64,000 nucleotides of DNA. Origin: Eledone cirrhosa (taxonomy: Eukaryota). The notes under the pieces are model-generated. The model searched no databases and had not been told where the DNA came from. It saw only the letters and a list, made by a program, of their open reading frames with translations. The translations under genes and the position numbers were made by a program. The stretch covers positions 30,318,001 through 30,382,000 of the forward strand of contig OZ024754.1 in NCBI GenBank assembly GCA_964016885.1, read 5' to 3'. Shown here piece by piece: positions 41,630 to 55,482 of this stretch. Numbering within the stretch: position 1 is the stretch's first letter; the number at the start of each line of letters is the position of its first letter.

Positions 41630-44180
41630 TACCTATCTTCCGGCTTCTCTAGAGAATCGTGAAAGCACATATCGTTATATGCTTTTTCTATGAAAATTAG
41701 TAGTGGGCAGACCAATTTGCATAGAGCGTGAGTACGTACCGGTTCAACGGAGACGATAAAAACAAATAACGAAACGAAATTAAATTTCGTTTCGTTTGTA
41801 ACTCACTTTTGTATGACTGACGCTTAAACAATTAAGTTAAAAATGTACATCCACATATGTATACTGAAATACTAGTATGCATATGAATACACACACGTGT
41901 ACATATGTAGATGTACCGAGTTTTCACTGGTCACTTTACTGTGAGTGTCCAGCTATTCCGTATGTAGACACACAGACAAACCGGTTCTTAGAGTCATACT
42001 GGTTTTTGAGGAAACACCTTTCCTCTATTCTCCAGAAAGCCAGACAAGGAATATTGGACTAGTTTCGATGTTGTTACATCTCATCAGCAATATTTACCTA
42101 TCTTCCGGCTTCTCTAGAGAATCGTGAAAGCACATATCGTTATATGCTTTTTCTATGAAAATTAGTAGTGGGCAGACCAATTTGCATAGAGCGTGAGTAC
42201 GTACCGGTTCAACGGAGACGATAAAAACAAATAACGAAACGAAATTAAATTTCGTTTCGTTTGTAACTCACTTTTGTATGACTGACGCTTAAACAATTAA
42301 GTTAAAAATGTACATCCACATATGTATACTGAAATACTAGTATGCATATGAATACACACACGTGTACATATGTAGATGTACCGAGTTTTCACTGGTCACT
42401 TTACTGTGAGTGTCCAGCTATTCCGTATGTAGACACACAGACAAACCGGTTCTTAGAGTCATACTGGTTTTTGAGGAAACACCTTTCCTCTATTCTCCAG
42501 AAAGCCAGACAAGGAATATTGGACTAGTTTCGATGTTGTTACATCTCATCAGCAATATTTACCTATCTTCCGGCTTCTCTAGAGAATCGTGAAAGCACAT
42601 ATCGTTATATGCTTTTTCTATGAAAATTAGTAGTGGGCAGACCAATTTGCATAGAGCGTGAGTACGTACCGGTTCAACGGAGACGATAAAAACAAATAAC
42701 GAAACGAAATTAAATTTCGTTTCGTTTGTAACTCACTTTTGTATGACTGACGCTTAAACAATTAAGTTAAAAATGTACATCCACATATGTATACTGAAAT
42801 ACTAGTATGCATATGAATACACACACGTGTACATATGTAGATGTACCGAGTTTTCACTGGTCACTTTACTGTGAGTGTCCAGCTATTCCGTATGTAGACA
42901 CACAGACAAACCGGTTCTTAGAGTCATACTGGTTTTTGAGGAAACACCTTTCCTCTATTCTCCAGAAAGCCAGACAAGGAATATTGGACTAGTTTCGATG
43001 TTGTTACATCTCATCAGCAATATTTACCTATCTTCCGGCTTCTCTAGAGAATCGTGAAAGCACATATCGTTATATGCTTTTTCTATGAAAATTAGTAGTG
43101 GGCAGACCAATTTGCATAGAGCGTGAGTACGTACCGGTTCAACGGAGACGATAAAAACAAATAACGAAACGAAATTAAATTTCGTTTCGTTTGTAACTCA
43201 CTTTTGTATGACTGACGCTTAAACAATTAAGTTAAAAATGTACATCCACATATGTATACTGAAATACTAGTATGCATATGAATACACACACGTGTACATA
43301 TGTAGATGTACCGAGTTTTCACTGGTCACTTTACTGTGAGTGTCCAGCTATTCCGTATGTAGACACACAGACAAACCGGTTCTTAGAGTCATACTGGTTT
43401 TTGAGGAAACACCTTTCCTCTATTCTCCAGAAAGCCAGACAAGGAATATTGGACTAGTTTCGATGTTGTTACATCTCATCAGCAATATTTACCTATCTTC
43501 CGGCTTCTCTAGAGAATCGTGAAAGCACATATCGTTATATGCTTTTTCTATGAAAATTAGTAGTGGGCAGACCAATTTGCATAGAGCGTGAGTACGTACC
43601 GGTTCAACGGAGACGATAAAAACAAATAACGAAACGAAATTAAATTTCGTTTCGTTTGTAACTCACTTTTGTATGACTGACGCTTAAACAATTAAGTTAA
43701 AAATGTACATCCACATATGTATACTGAAATACTAGTATGCATATGAATACACACACGTGTACATATGTAGATGTACCGAGTTTTCACTGGTCACTTTACT
43801 GTGAGTGTCCAGCTATTCCGTATGTAGACACACAGACAAACCGGTTCTTAGAGTCATACTGGTTTTTGAGGAAACACCTTTCCTCTATTCTCCAGAAAGC
43901 CAGACAAGGAATATTGGACTAGTTTCGATGTTGTTACATCTCATCAGCAATATTTACCTATCTTCCGGCTTCTCTAGAGAATCGTGAAAGCACGTGAAAG
44001 CAAGTGAGTTACAAACGAAACGAAATTTAATTTCGTTTCGTTATTTGTTTTTATCGTCTCCGTTGAACCGGTACGTACTCACGCTCTATGCAAATTGGTC
44101 TGCCCACTACTAATTTTCATAGAAAAAGCATATAACGATATGTGCTTTCACGATTCTCTAGAGAAGCCGGAAGATAGGTA

Positions 44181-44225
44181 AATATTGCTGATGAGATGTA
44201 ACAACATCGAAACTAGTCCAATATT
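44181..44225 (+). ncRNA. Type I hammerhead ribozyme; same motif starts at 44646 and 45111
   Basis: 7-bp stem I, CUGAUGA, 5-bp stem II, GAAA, palindromic stem III ACUAGU and a GUC triplet (predicted cleavage after 44218). Confidence 0.93.
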
Positions 44226-45514
44226 CCTTGTCTGGCTTTCTGGAGAATAGAGGAAAGGTGTTTCCTCAAAAACCAGTATGACTCTAAGAACCGGTTTGTC
44301 TGTGTGTCTACATACGGAATAGCTGGACACTCACAGTAAAGTGACCAGTGAAAACTCGGTACATCTACATATGTACACGTGTGTGTATTCATATGCATAC
44401 TAGTATTTCAGTATACATATGTGGATGTACATTTTTAACTTAATTGTTTAAGCGTCAGTCATACAAAAGTGAGTTACAAACGAAACGAAATTTAATTTCG
44501 TTTCGTTATTTGTTTTTATCGTCTCCGTTGAACCGGTACGTACTCACGCTCTATGCAAATTGGTCTGCCCACTACTAATTTTCATAGAAAAAGCATATAA
44601 CGATATGTGCTTTCACGATTCTCTAGAGAAGCCGGAAGATAGGTAAATATTGCTGATGAGATGTAACAACATCGAAACTAGTCCAATATTCCTTGTCTGG
44701 CTTTCTGGAGAATAGAGGAAAGGTGTTTCCTCAAAAACCAGTATGACTCTAAGAACCGGTTTGTCTGTGTGTCTACATACGGAATAGCTGGACACTCACA
44801 GTAAAGTGACCAGTGAAAACTCGGTACATCTACATATGTACACGTGTGTGTATTCATATGCATACTAGTATTTCAGTATACATATGTGGATGTACATTTT
44901 TAACTTAATTGTTTAAGCGTCAGTCATACAAAAGTGAGTTACAAACGAAACGAAATTTAATTTCGTTTCGTTATTTGTTTTTATCGTCTCCGTTGAACCG
45001 GTACGTACTCACGCTCTATGCAAATTGGTCTGCCCACTACTAATTTTCATAGAAAAAGCATATAACGATATGTGCTTTCACGATTCTCTAGAGAAGCCGG
45101 AAGATAGGTAAATATTGCTGATGAGATGTAACAACATCGAAACTAGTCCAATATTCCTTGTCTGGCTTTCTGGAGAATAGAGGAAAGGTGTTTCCTCAAA
45201 AACCAGTATGACTCTAAGAACCGGTTTGTCTGTGTGTCTACATACGGAATAGCTGGACACTCACAGTAAAGTGACCAGTGAAAACTCGGTACATCTACAT
45301 ATGTACACGTGTGTGTATTCATATGCATACTAGTATTTCAGTATACATATGTGGATGTACATTTTTAACTTAATTGTTTATATATATATATATATATATC
45401 AAAGGATACATAATCTCTGTAAAATAAAGCATAAAATTCTACCTTGCCTTATTTCTTTTTTCAGTGAGTCATTCACATAGATTATATTCAACAACACCAA
45501 TACAAGCACCAGTG

Positions 45515-48425
45515 CTCCCACCACCACCACAGCCAGCACTACCACCAACACAACCACCACCACCACCACAGCCAGCACTACCACCAACACAACCACCACC
45601 ACCACCACAGCGAGCGCTACCACCAACACAACCACCACCACCACCACCACAGCCAGCACTACCACCAACACAACCACCACCACCACCACAGCCAGCATTA
45701 CCACCAACACAACCACCACCACCACCACAGCCAGCACTACCACCAACACAACCACCACCACCACCACAGCCAGCACTACCACCAACACAACCACCACCAC
45801 CACCACAGCCAGCGCTACCACCAACACAACCACCACCACCACCACCACCACAGCCAGCACTACCACCAACACAACCACCACCACCACCACAGCGAGCGCT
45901 ACCACCAACACAACCACCACCACCACCACCACAGCCAGCACTACCACCAACACAACCACCACCACCACCACAGCCAGCATTACCACCAACACAACCACCA
46001 CCACCACCACAGCCAGCACTACCACCAACACAACTACCACCACCACCACAGCCAGCGCTACCACCAACACAACCACCACCACCACAGCCAGCGCTGCCAC
46101 CACCACAACCACCACCACCACAGCCAGCACTACCACCAACACAACCACCACCACCACCACAGCCAGCGCTACCACCAACACAACCACCACCACCACCACA
46201 GCCAGCGCTACCACCAACACAACCACCACCACCACCACAGCCAGCACTACCACCAACACAACCACCACCACCACCACAGCCAGCGCTACCACCAACACAA
46301 CCACCACCACCACCACAGCCAGCACTACCACCAACACAACCACCACCACCACCACAGCCAGCACTACCACCAACACAACCACCACCACCACCACAGCCAG
46401 CGCTACCACCAACACAACCACCACCACCACCACAGCCAGCACTACCACCAACACAACCACCACCACCACCACAGCCAGCACTACCACCAACACAACCACC
46501 ACCACCACCACAGCCAGCGCTACCACCAACACAACCACCACCACCACCACAGCGAGCGCTACCACCAACACAACCACCACCACCACCACAGCCAGCACTA
46601 CCACCAACACAACCACCACCACCACCACAGCCAGCGCTACCACCAACACAACCACCACCACCACCACAGCCAGCGCTACCACCAACACAACCACCACCAC
46701 CACCACAGCCAGCACTACCACCAACACAACCACCACCACCACCACAGCCAGCGCTACCACCAACACAACCACCACCACCACAGCCAGCGCTACCACCAAC
46801 ACAACCACCACCACCACCACAGCCAGCACTACCACCAACACAACCACCACCACCACCACAGCCAGCACTACCACCAACACAACCACCACCACCACCACAG
46901 CCAGCACTACCACCAACACAACCACCACCACCACCACAGCCAGCACTACCACCAACACAACCACCACCACCACCACAGCCAGCGCTACCACCAACACAAC
47001 CACCACCACCACCACAGCCAGCGCTACCACCAACACAACCACCACCACCACCACAGCCAGCGCTACCACCAACACAACCACCACCACCACCACAGCCAGC
47101 ATTACCACCAACACAACCACCACCACCACCACAGCCAGCGCTACCACCAACACAACCACCACCACCACCACAGCCAGCACTACCACCAACACAACCACCA
47201 CCACCACCACAGCCAGCACTACCACCAACACAACCACCACCACCACCACAGCCAGCGCTACCACCAACACAACCACCACCACCACCACAGCCAGCATTAC
47301 CACCAACACAACCACCACCACCACCACAGCCAGCACTACCACCAACACAACCACCGCCACCACCACAGCCAGCGCTACCACCAACACAACCACCACCACC
47401 ACCACAGCCAGCACTACCACCAACACAACCACCACCACCACCACAGCCAGCACTACCACCAACACAACCACCACCACCACCACAGCCAGCGCTACCACCA
47501 ACACAACCACCACCACCACCACAGCGAGCGCTACCACCAACACAACCACCACCACCACCACCACAGCCAGCGCTGCCACCAACACAACCACCACCACCAC
47601 CACCACAGCCAGCGCTGCCACCACCACAACCACCACCACCACCACCACCACCACAGCCAGCGCTGCCACCAACACAACTACCACCACCACCACAGCCAGC
47701 GCTACCACCAACACAACCACCACCACCACAGCCAGCGCTACCACCAACACAACCACCACCACCACAGCCAGCGCTACCACCAACACAACCACCACCACCA
47801 CCACAGCCAGCATTACCACCAACACAACCACCACCACCACCACAGCCAGCACTACCACCAACACAACCACCACCACCACCACAGCCAGCGCTACCACCAA
47901 CACAACCACCACCACCACCACAGCCAGCACTACCACCAACACAACCACCACCACCACCACAGCCAGCACTACCACCAACACAACCACCACCACCACCACA
48001 GCCAGCGCTACCACCAACACAACCACCACCACCACCACAGCCAGCGCTACCACCAACACAACCACCACCACCACCACAGCGAGCGCTACCACCAACACAA
48101 CCACCACCACCACCACCACAGCCAGCGCTGCCACCAACACAACCACCACCACCACCACCACAGCCAGCGCTGCCACCACCACAACCACCACCACCACCAC
48201 CACCACCACAGCCAGCGCTGCCACCAACACAACTACCACCACCACCACAGCCAGCGCTACCACCAACACAACCACCACCACCACAGCCAGCGCTACCACC
48301 AACACAACCACCACCACCACAGCCAGCGCTACCACCAACACAACCACCACCACCACAGCCAGCGCTGCCACCACCACAACCACCACCACCACTACAGCCA
48401 GCACTACTACCACCACCACCACCAC
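45515..48425. repeat. ~33-bp CCA-rich minisatellite
   Basis: Unit CAGCCAGC(A/G)CTACCACCAACACAACCACCACCACCA with variable CCA count. Confidence 0.95.
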
Positions 48426-48427
48426 TG

Positions 48428-49063
48428 CTTTTTACTTGAGAGAAGACTACGTTGGTATGGCCACGTGATGGGCATGAAAGACGACAGCTGTATAAAAAAG
48501 TGCAGGATGAGCAAAATTGATGGAAGTTACGGAGTAGGTAGACCCAGAAAAACCTGGGACAATCTGATAAATTCTGACCTTACACACTTACACCTCTCTA
48601 AGACAATGTCACTGGACCGAGATCTATGGCGCTGCGCAGTAATACAGAAGACCCGCCTTGCCTATGTACAAAGCGAAACCTACAGTCAGTAGGCACCTCC
48701 TAACCAAATATACACCCCAATCCACTACCCCTACCCTATCCTCCCACTCCCACCAACACCAGCCTCTCTCTGCAAATTTGGTACCACAACATTCAGTCCA
48801 AATAAATGAGATAATGAGATCGAGATCGAGATCGTGTAGGTGTCACGACAAAAAGACACACAGTCCACGCTGTAATGTGGCCGTGTAGGTAACACGGTAA
48901 AAAGTTCCCAGTTAGGAAGGGCATCCAGCCATAGAAAACCTGCCAGATAGTCCTATATGAGCGAGACACGGTCACCCAACCAACTTTGCCTCAAGTGGGA
49001 CAACTCCCGTCTAACCCATGCTAGCATGGAAGATAGACGTTAAACGTTGATGATGATGATGAT
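48428..49063 (+). mobile_element. RTE subfamily 1 3' fragment
   Basis: Matches 30420-31030; (GAT)n tail. Confidence 0.92.
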
Positions 49064-49209
49064 ATATATATAGACCCGGATGTGTTAAATGGAATCATCT
49101 GATTTCAAAATTCATTTTGATACACATATATGCATGTATATATATGTGTATATGTATACGTGAATGTGTACATATGTATATGTGTTTGTATATATATATA
49201 TATATGTGT

Positions 49210-49260
49210 ATGTGTGTGGGTGTATGTGTATTTGTATAAGTATATGTGTCTGTATGTATT

Positions 49261-49293
<33 letters not shown>

Positions 49294-49416
49294 GTGTGTG
49301 GGTATGTGTATTTGTATAAGTATATGTGTCTGTATGTATTTATATATATATATATGTATATATATATATGTGTGTGGGTATGTGTATTTGTATAAGTATA
49401 TGTGTCTGTATGTATT

Positions 49417-49449
<33 letters not shown>

Positions 49450-49496
49450 GTGTGTGGGTATGTGTATTTGTATAAGTATATGTGTCTGTATGTATT

Positions 49497-49527
<31 letters not shown>

Positions 49528-49574
49528 GTGTGTGGGTATGTGTATTTGTATAAGTATATGTGTCTGTATGTATT

Positions 49575-49605
<31 letters not shown>

Positions 49606-49652
49606 GTGTGTGGGTATGTGTATTTGTATAAGTATATGTGTCTGTATGTATT

Positions 49653-49683
<31 letters not shown>

Positions 49684-49726
49684 GTGTGTGGGTATGTGTA
49701 TTTGTATAAGTATATGTGTCTGTATG

Positions 49727-49761
<35 letters not shown>

Positions 49762-49820
49762 GTGTGTGGGTATGTGTATTTGTATAAGTATATGTGTCTG
49801 TATGTATTTATATATATGTG
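49210..49820. repeat. ~68-bp minisatellite built from TA/TG microsatellite
   Basis: Recurring GTGTGGGTATGTGTATTTGTATAAGTATATGTGTCTGTATGTATT, about 9 copies. Confidence 0.9.
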
Positions 49821-49925
49821 TGTAAGTCTCTGAGACATTTTTTAGTTGTTTAGTCAGAATAGGATTGGCTGAAGGGATATCCCTGAGATGTGAGAGAGAA
49901 AGAGAGACAGAGTAAGAGAGAGTGA

Positions 49926-49971
<46 letters not shown>

Positions 49972-50159
49972 AGAAACAGGAGACCTGGTTCACACTCCTG
50001 GAATAGAATAGTTTGCAATAATCAACCTTTTTGTTTGATACCAAACTACCCTGACCCCTGACCTGTTTATATCCCAGGGTCTATATTGATCTAAAAGCCA
50101 TCCATTATAATTTTATCTAAGAACATTTGTCAAGTTACATTGTAAACACTAGCTTGATA

Positions 50160-50475
50160 ATGGTTTCTAATTTAGGCACAAGGCCAGCAATTTTGGGGGA
50201 AGGGAAAGTCGATTGAATTGACCCCAGTGCATGACTGGTACTTTACGTCACCTACATATATAATAGTTTCAACTTTTGGTACAAGGCCAGCAATTTGAAG
50301 AGAAGGGGAAAGTTGATTAACCCTGGTATTTTACTGGTACTTTATTCTATTGACCCTGTAAAGATGCAAGGCAAAGCTTAACCTTGGTGGGATTTGAACT
50401 CAGAATGTAAAGAGCCATAACTCTATGCTGCAAAGCATGGTGTCCAATGCTATTCTACCAATACTGCCAATCCAG
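50160..50475 (-). mobile_element. SINE copy or copies (16862 family)
   Basis: GGATTTGAACTC (reverse B-box) and GGCACAAGGCCAGCAATT tails. Confidence 0.75.
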
Positions 50476-50758
50476 TAACATATATAGTTGGATATAAGCT
50501 AATCCAAATGAATGCTCCCCCTGCCACCACCACTATTTTATGTTAGAGAAATAGGTGAAAATTGAAACCCCATTTTTAAACCAGCTAATCAGCACACAGT
50601 TTAGATGGGGTATATGAGCCAACTTCCTATTGTACTGACTCTTTTGGTTACATATTCCTCAGCTTATATTTGAGTATTTGTCTGATGCTCTACCGATTAC
50701 TGCCAATCCATCTCTAGAATCTGACATACATTTGACATGGTCTCAGCTTGAAATATTT

Positions 50759-50941
50759 GTTGGCAGTATCAGTAAAGAGTCGGATGCCATGCTTTGCAGC
50801 AAAGAGTTACGGCCCTTTATGATCTGAGTTCAAATCCCGCCAAGGTTAACTTTGCCTTTCATCCTTATGGGGTCGATAAAATAAAGTACCAGTAATACAC
50901 TGGCATAATTGCCGGCCTTGTGCCAAAAGTAGAAACAATTA
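50759..50941 (+). mobile_element. SINE copy (16862 family)
   Basis: Close match to 16868-17050. Confidence 0.8.
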
Positions 50942-51017
50942 TATATAAAGAAATTGTATATACCTTCATAAACACTTCTATTATGAATCACAATATGCTA
51001 GTACTAATATATATATA

Positions 51018-51777
51018 TATAATAAGTTGACAGCACTAGCATGGGTTTCACTTCTAGTACCAGTTGCATCTCAGTGTACTCAATAAGTAATGTTATGTAA
51101 ACTCCCAGAGTAGATACATCATTATTTACATGTAAATGGGTACCTTCAAAACTATACCCGTACTCAAGTTTCGGCCACTCTTAATACAGCAATAGAGTGC
51201 ACAGCATCCACTGTCTGCATTTATTATGCACAATCGGCGCATATGGCTTCATAAGCAGGTTTCGCCTAATCAATAACTAATTGATCAACAGAATTCAATT
51301 CCAGTCCATGTTGGCTATGACAGTGAATATGACGGTCAACACAGTAAAACGTTAGCAACTGAAATCCCTATGCGTCATCACAATGTCGTTAACCGATTGG
51401 CTACTGGTTCAGAAATTTACATGACAGTAGGATACGAAATTCAAATAGTTCCACTCCTGCCATAAGCTCTCAGCCAATGTAGCTCAAACACAAATTAAGA
51501 AGTGAGTGAAAAATTGGTTATTAGAAAAAAATCAATCTCCAATCGCTGTACAATAGAATGGTAGCATTCGGCCCCAGTCTTCAAAATTGTTCAACTTACT
51601 CTTATTGTTAATCTCCTAGTTGGGAGAAAATAATAATAAGTTGATGGTACTAGCATGGGTTTCACTGCCAATACCGGTTGCATCTCAGCGTACTCAATAG
51701 GTAATGTTATGTAAACTCCCAGAGTAGATACATGGTTATTCGCTTCAATACAACACATGTAAATGGATACCTTCAAT

Positions 51778-51780
<3 letters not shown>
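51018..51780. mobile_element. TA-flanked partial-tandem element, period ~615 bp
   Basis: 51018-51148 recurs at 51632-51776. Confidence 0.65.
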
Positions 51781-51796
<16 letters not shown>

Positions 51797-51819
<23 letters not shown>

Positions 51820-52007
51820 CAAAGGAAATGTGGTAAGGAACCAGGTGGACCATAACGCACCAAAGTACTCAATACTTAGGGTAGTAGAGTGGGTAATAGG
51901 AACCAGTAAGACCCCGACGGCTGAGCTCAGGCCGTTTCGACGGCTAATTCTAGTCCAGAATTAGCCGTCGAAACGGCCTGAGCTCAGCCGTCGGGGTCTT
52001 ACTGGTT

Positions 52008-52012
<5 letters not shown>
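51797..52012. mobile_element. Foldback element: perfect 56-bp-arm palindrome carrying the 3' half of a hammerhead
   Basis: Arms 51896-51951 and 51957-52012; GAAA-CGGC ctgagctca GCCG-TC-GGGGTC; (TA)n flanks. Confidence 0.8.
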
Positions 52013-52067
<55 letters not shown>

Positions 52068-52356
52068 GTATATATCATCATCATCATCATTTTACGTCCG
52101 CTTTTCCCTGCTTGCAGAGAGAGAGATACTGACGAGTACACACACACATATATATATGTGTGTGTATGTCAGTATCTATCTATACACAGTGTACTCAGTT
52201 TCTGTTAACCATAACTCATTTATAACTTTTATACAATATACCTGATGATATCGCTATATGTATATAGTCTCTGCAAAAATAAAAACTTTAAAGGAATTCC
52301 AACTATCCAGCCTCCTGTCATTTATTCAATAGCTAGGCCAACCATGACCTAACGGG

Positions 52357-53010
52357 ACACGTTCACTTAAAAATATATTTTTTAAATCATGTTCACTTAA
52401 AAATATATTTTAAAAATCATGTTCACTTAAAAATATATTTTTTAAATCATGTTCACTTAAAAATATATTTTAAAAATCATGTTCACTTTAAAATATATTT
52501 TTTAAATCATGTTCACTTAAAAATATATTTTAAAAATCATGTTCACTTTAAAATATATTTTTTAAATCATGTTCACTTTATAAAATATTTTAAAAATCAT
52601 GTTCACCTTAAAATATATTTTAAAAATCATGTTCACTTTAAAATATATTTTTAAAATCATGTTCACTTTAAAATATATTTTTAAAATCATGTTCACTTTA
52701 AAATATATTTTTAAAAATCATGTTCACTTTAAAATATATTTTTTAAATCCTGTTCACTTAAAAATATATTTTAAAAATCATGTTCACTTTAAAATATATT
52801 TTTAAAATCATGTTCACTTTATAAAATATTTTAAAAATCATGTTCACCTTAAAATATATTTTTAAAATCATGTTCACTTTAAAATATATTTTTAAAATCA
52901 TGTTCACTTTAAAATATATTTTAAAAATTATGTTCACTTTAAAATATATTTTTAAAATCATGTTCACTTTAAAATATGTTTTAAAAATCATGTTCACTTA
53001 AAAATAATTT
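52357..53010. repeat. 30-bp AT-rich minisatellite, about 21 copies
   Basis: Unit CATGTTCACTTTAAAATATATTTTTAAAAT. Confidence 0.95.
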
Positions 53011-53111
53011 TTAAATAATTAAAATACACACAGACATGTATATAATGTTAAATAAAACTGGAAGGCCCATATATATACGTGAGTGTATATATATATAAAT
53101 GTGTGTGTTTG

Positions 53112-53149
<38 letters not shown>

Positions 53150-53256
53150 TGTGGGTGTCTGTAATCTATATACATTGGTCATAGTCACACACAAACACAT
53201 ATATATATATTTATACACACACTCACACATATATATATATATACACAACAACACCA

Positions 53257-53308
<52 letters not shown>

Positions 53309-53733
53309 CTCCTTCTCTGTCTCCTCTCCCTCTCTCTATGTCTCTCTTTCTCTCTCTCTCTGTTTATGAAGGTAGCCAGAAAACCTCACATCTCGGGAAC
53401 CCATGCTTCAATTTTCATGAAACTTGTTTTATTCCATTTGTATTCCCATTTCAGGGGCAACTTCCTTTCAAAGTATTTTCCCATTATGTACCCTTTTGGC
53501 TGTATTACATTACAGACACGCAATCAAGCAATTACAGACTCTGAGTAATAAACTAGACCACCCGTGACCCGCGAGGACACATTCATTTCAAAATATTTTT
53601 GAAAAATCATGTTCACTTAAAAATAATTTTTAAATAATTAAAATATACACAGACATGTATTTAATGTGAAAGGAAACTGGAAGGCCCATACATATATGTG
53701 TGTGTAGGTATATATGTATAAATGTGTGTGTGC

Positions 53734-53772
<39 letters not shown>

Positions 53773-54029
53773 GTAGGAGGTGAGTTTTATTGTAGTACAA
53801 TAAAGCAATGCAGATATCGGATAAGAAGCACTCTACAGTTTGTGGGACTGGAGTATGCATAATATAAGATCAAAAGATGGTTAAAGGAGTTCCATATATT
53901 TTATTATGCGCATTTCAAAAACAAACATCATCAAACAATAATATTTGTGTTTTCATCAGATAAAACAGGAGAACATGATATGAAGGCTAAAAAACACTTG
54001 TTGATAGTGCAGTTTTAAATCAACATATG

Positions 54030-54503
54030 TTATCTATAGATAACACTAGATCACTCATTAATAATCTCTCTAATTGCAACTGCCGCATTAAAAATAAATG
54101 TCCTCTCAACAACCATTGCCTCGATAAAAACTTAATTTATGAATGTAAAATTATAACTAGCACCAATTCCTTCACCTATTTTGGCTCCACTTCCACCTCT
54201 TTTAAAGCTCGTCTCTATAATCATCATTCATCTTTCAAATACAAACTTAAAAGAACTAACACTGCTCTCTCAGAACTCATATGGTCCTTAAAAGACAAAA
54301 ACATTAAATATAACATCTTTTGGAAAAAGATTTCTTCTGCATCCTCATACTTGAACAGCTCTCTATCTAAAATCTGTAATCTCTGCCTAAATGAAAAATT
54401 TACCATTATCTCTAACCTAGAATCCATAATAAATAGACGCTCAGATTTGTTTTCTATCTGCCTGCATAAATTCCATCGAACTTTTCACAAAGTATACAGT
54501 TAA
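54030..54503 (+). pseudogene. C-terminal GIY-YIG endonuclease of a Penelope-like element (RT lost by truncation)
   Basis: CNCR..CPL...C linker, LIY-x-YFG, FKAR...H, CNLCLNEK, INRRSDL...CLH. The ATG at 54027 comes from the inverted arm. Confidence 0.88.
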
Positions 54504-55482
54504 TATTCAATTCTTTATCAATTTAGAATCTTTTCTCAAAGGCACATATACATACACCTCTTTAAAATATACCCATCTACCTTACTTTAAAGGGCATTAT
54601 ACACTCTATAATACTCGTTTACTCATTACCCTCATTCTATCTTCTCGTAAAACAATAACATTTGTTTTTGACATTTTGAATATTCATCCGCAATCATTAT
54701 TATTTTTTCTCTCTATCATAAATCTTTTTAATCTGAATTTCATCCTTAATTTATTATTATTTTTTTCTCCCCATCAACGAACTCATTATTAATACATATG
54801 AATTCAATATACAAACTTTAACTTCACATTATTTTTCTCAAATCCTTCTACACATAAACCTTAACATTTTTCTCTTTGCTAATTTTGAAATTGCCACTAT
54901 ACATACATTTTTTCTTTTGACGTTAGAATATTCACCCACAATTATTATTTTTTCTCTCTATCTTCATACATAATTTCCCTTCGTTAATTTTCAAATTCCT
55001 TTAATTTATACATTATCTTCCAACGGTTCCCAACCTCTCTATATTAAAACATTATATCTTTTTCTCAGTTATAAAAACTATCTCTTTCTCTCTATCACCC
55101 ATCTCTCCCTTTCCACCTTCACTCTCATCTCCTCCCCCTTTTTTTTTCATCCTTTCCACCCCACCCCCCCTCCCTAAATAAAATATTTTTTCCTCGCACA
55201 TATCCTCCCTTCGTTAATTTTCAAAATTTTTAATTTATACAGTATCTTCCAACGGTTTTCAACCCCTCTATATAAAATATATCTCCTCTCAGTTATAAAA
55301 ACTATCTCTTTCTCTCTATCACCCATCTCTCCCTCTCATCTCCTTCCCTTTTCATCCTTCCCCCCCCTCTCTAAATAAAATATTTTTCCCAATATCACAC
55401 ATCAATCTAAAACCACTTTCCATATGTTGATTTAAAACTGCACTATCAACAAGTGTTTTTTAGCCTTCATATCATGTTCTCC

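Larger units (their letters stand above)
41291..45380. mobile_element. 465-bp HHR retrozyme-like tandem array with internal inversion (5.8 units minus-sense, then 3.0 units plus-sense)
   Basis: Exact 465-bp period (ORF track: 41412, 41877, 42342...). Orientation flips at 43993-44002. (TA)n lies on both flanks; each unit has one HHR. Confidence 0.93.

Noticed and set aside
41412-45328. Repeated 60-61-aa ORFs in the 465-bp unit
   Set aside because: Antisense to the ribozyme strand, no recognisable motif, and not conserved in the 440-bp sister family.
45399-48439. 991-aa Pro-rich and 1008-aa Val-rich ORFs
   Set aside because: Stop-free by construction of a CCA-based repeat; no unique domain; flanked by TEs.
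52125-52300. CTGACGA and CTGATGA matches
   Set aside because: No GAAA or stem III at a suitable position.
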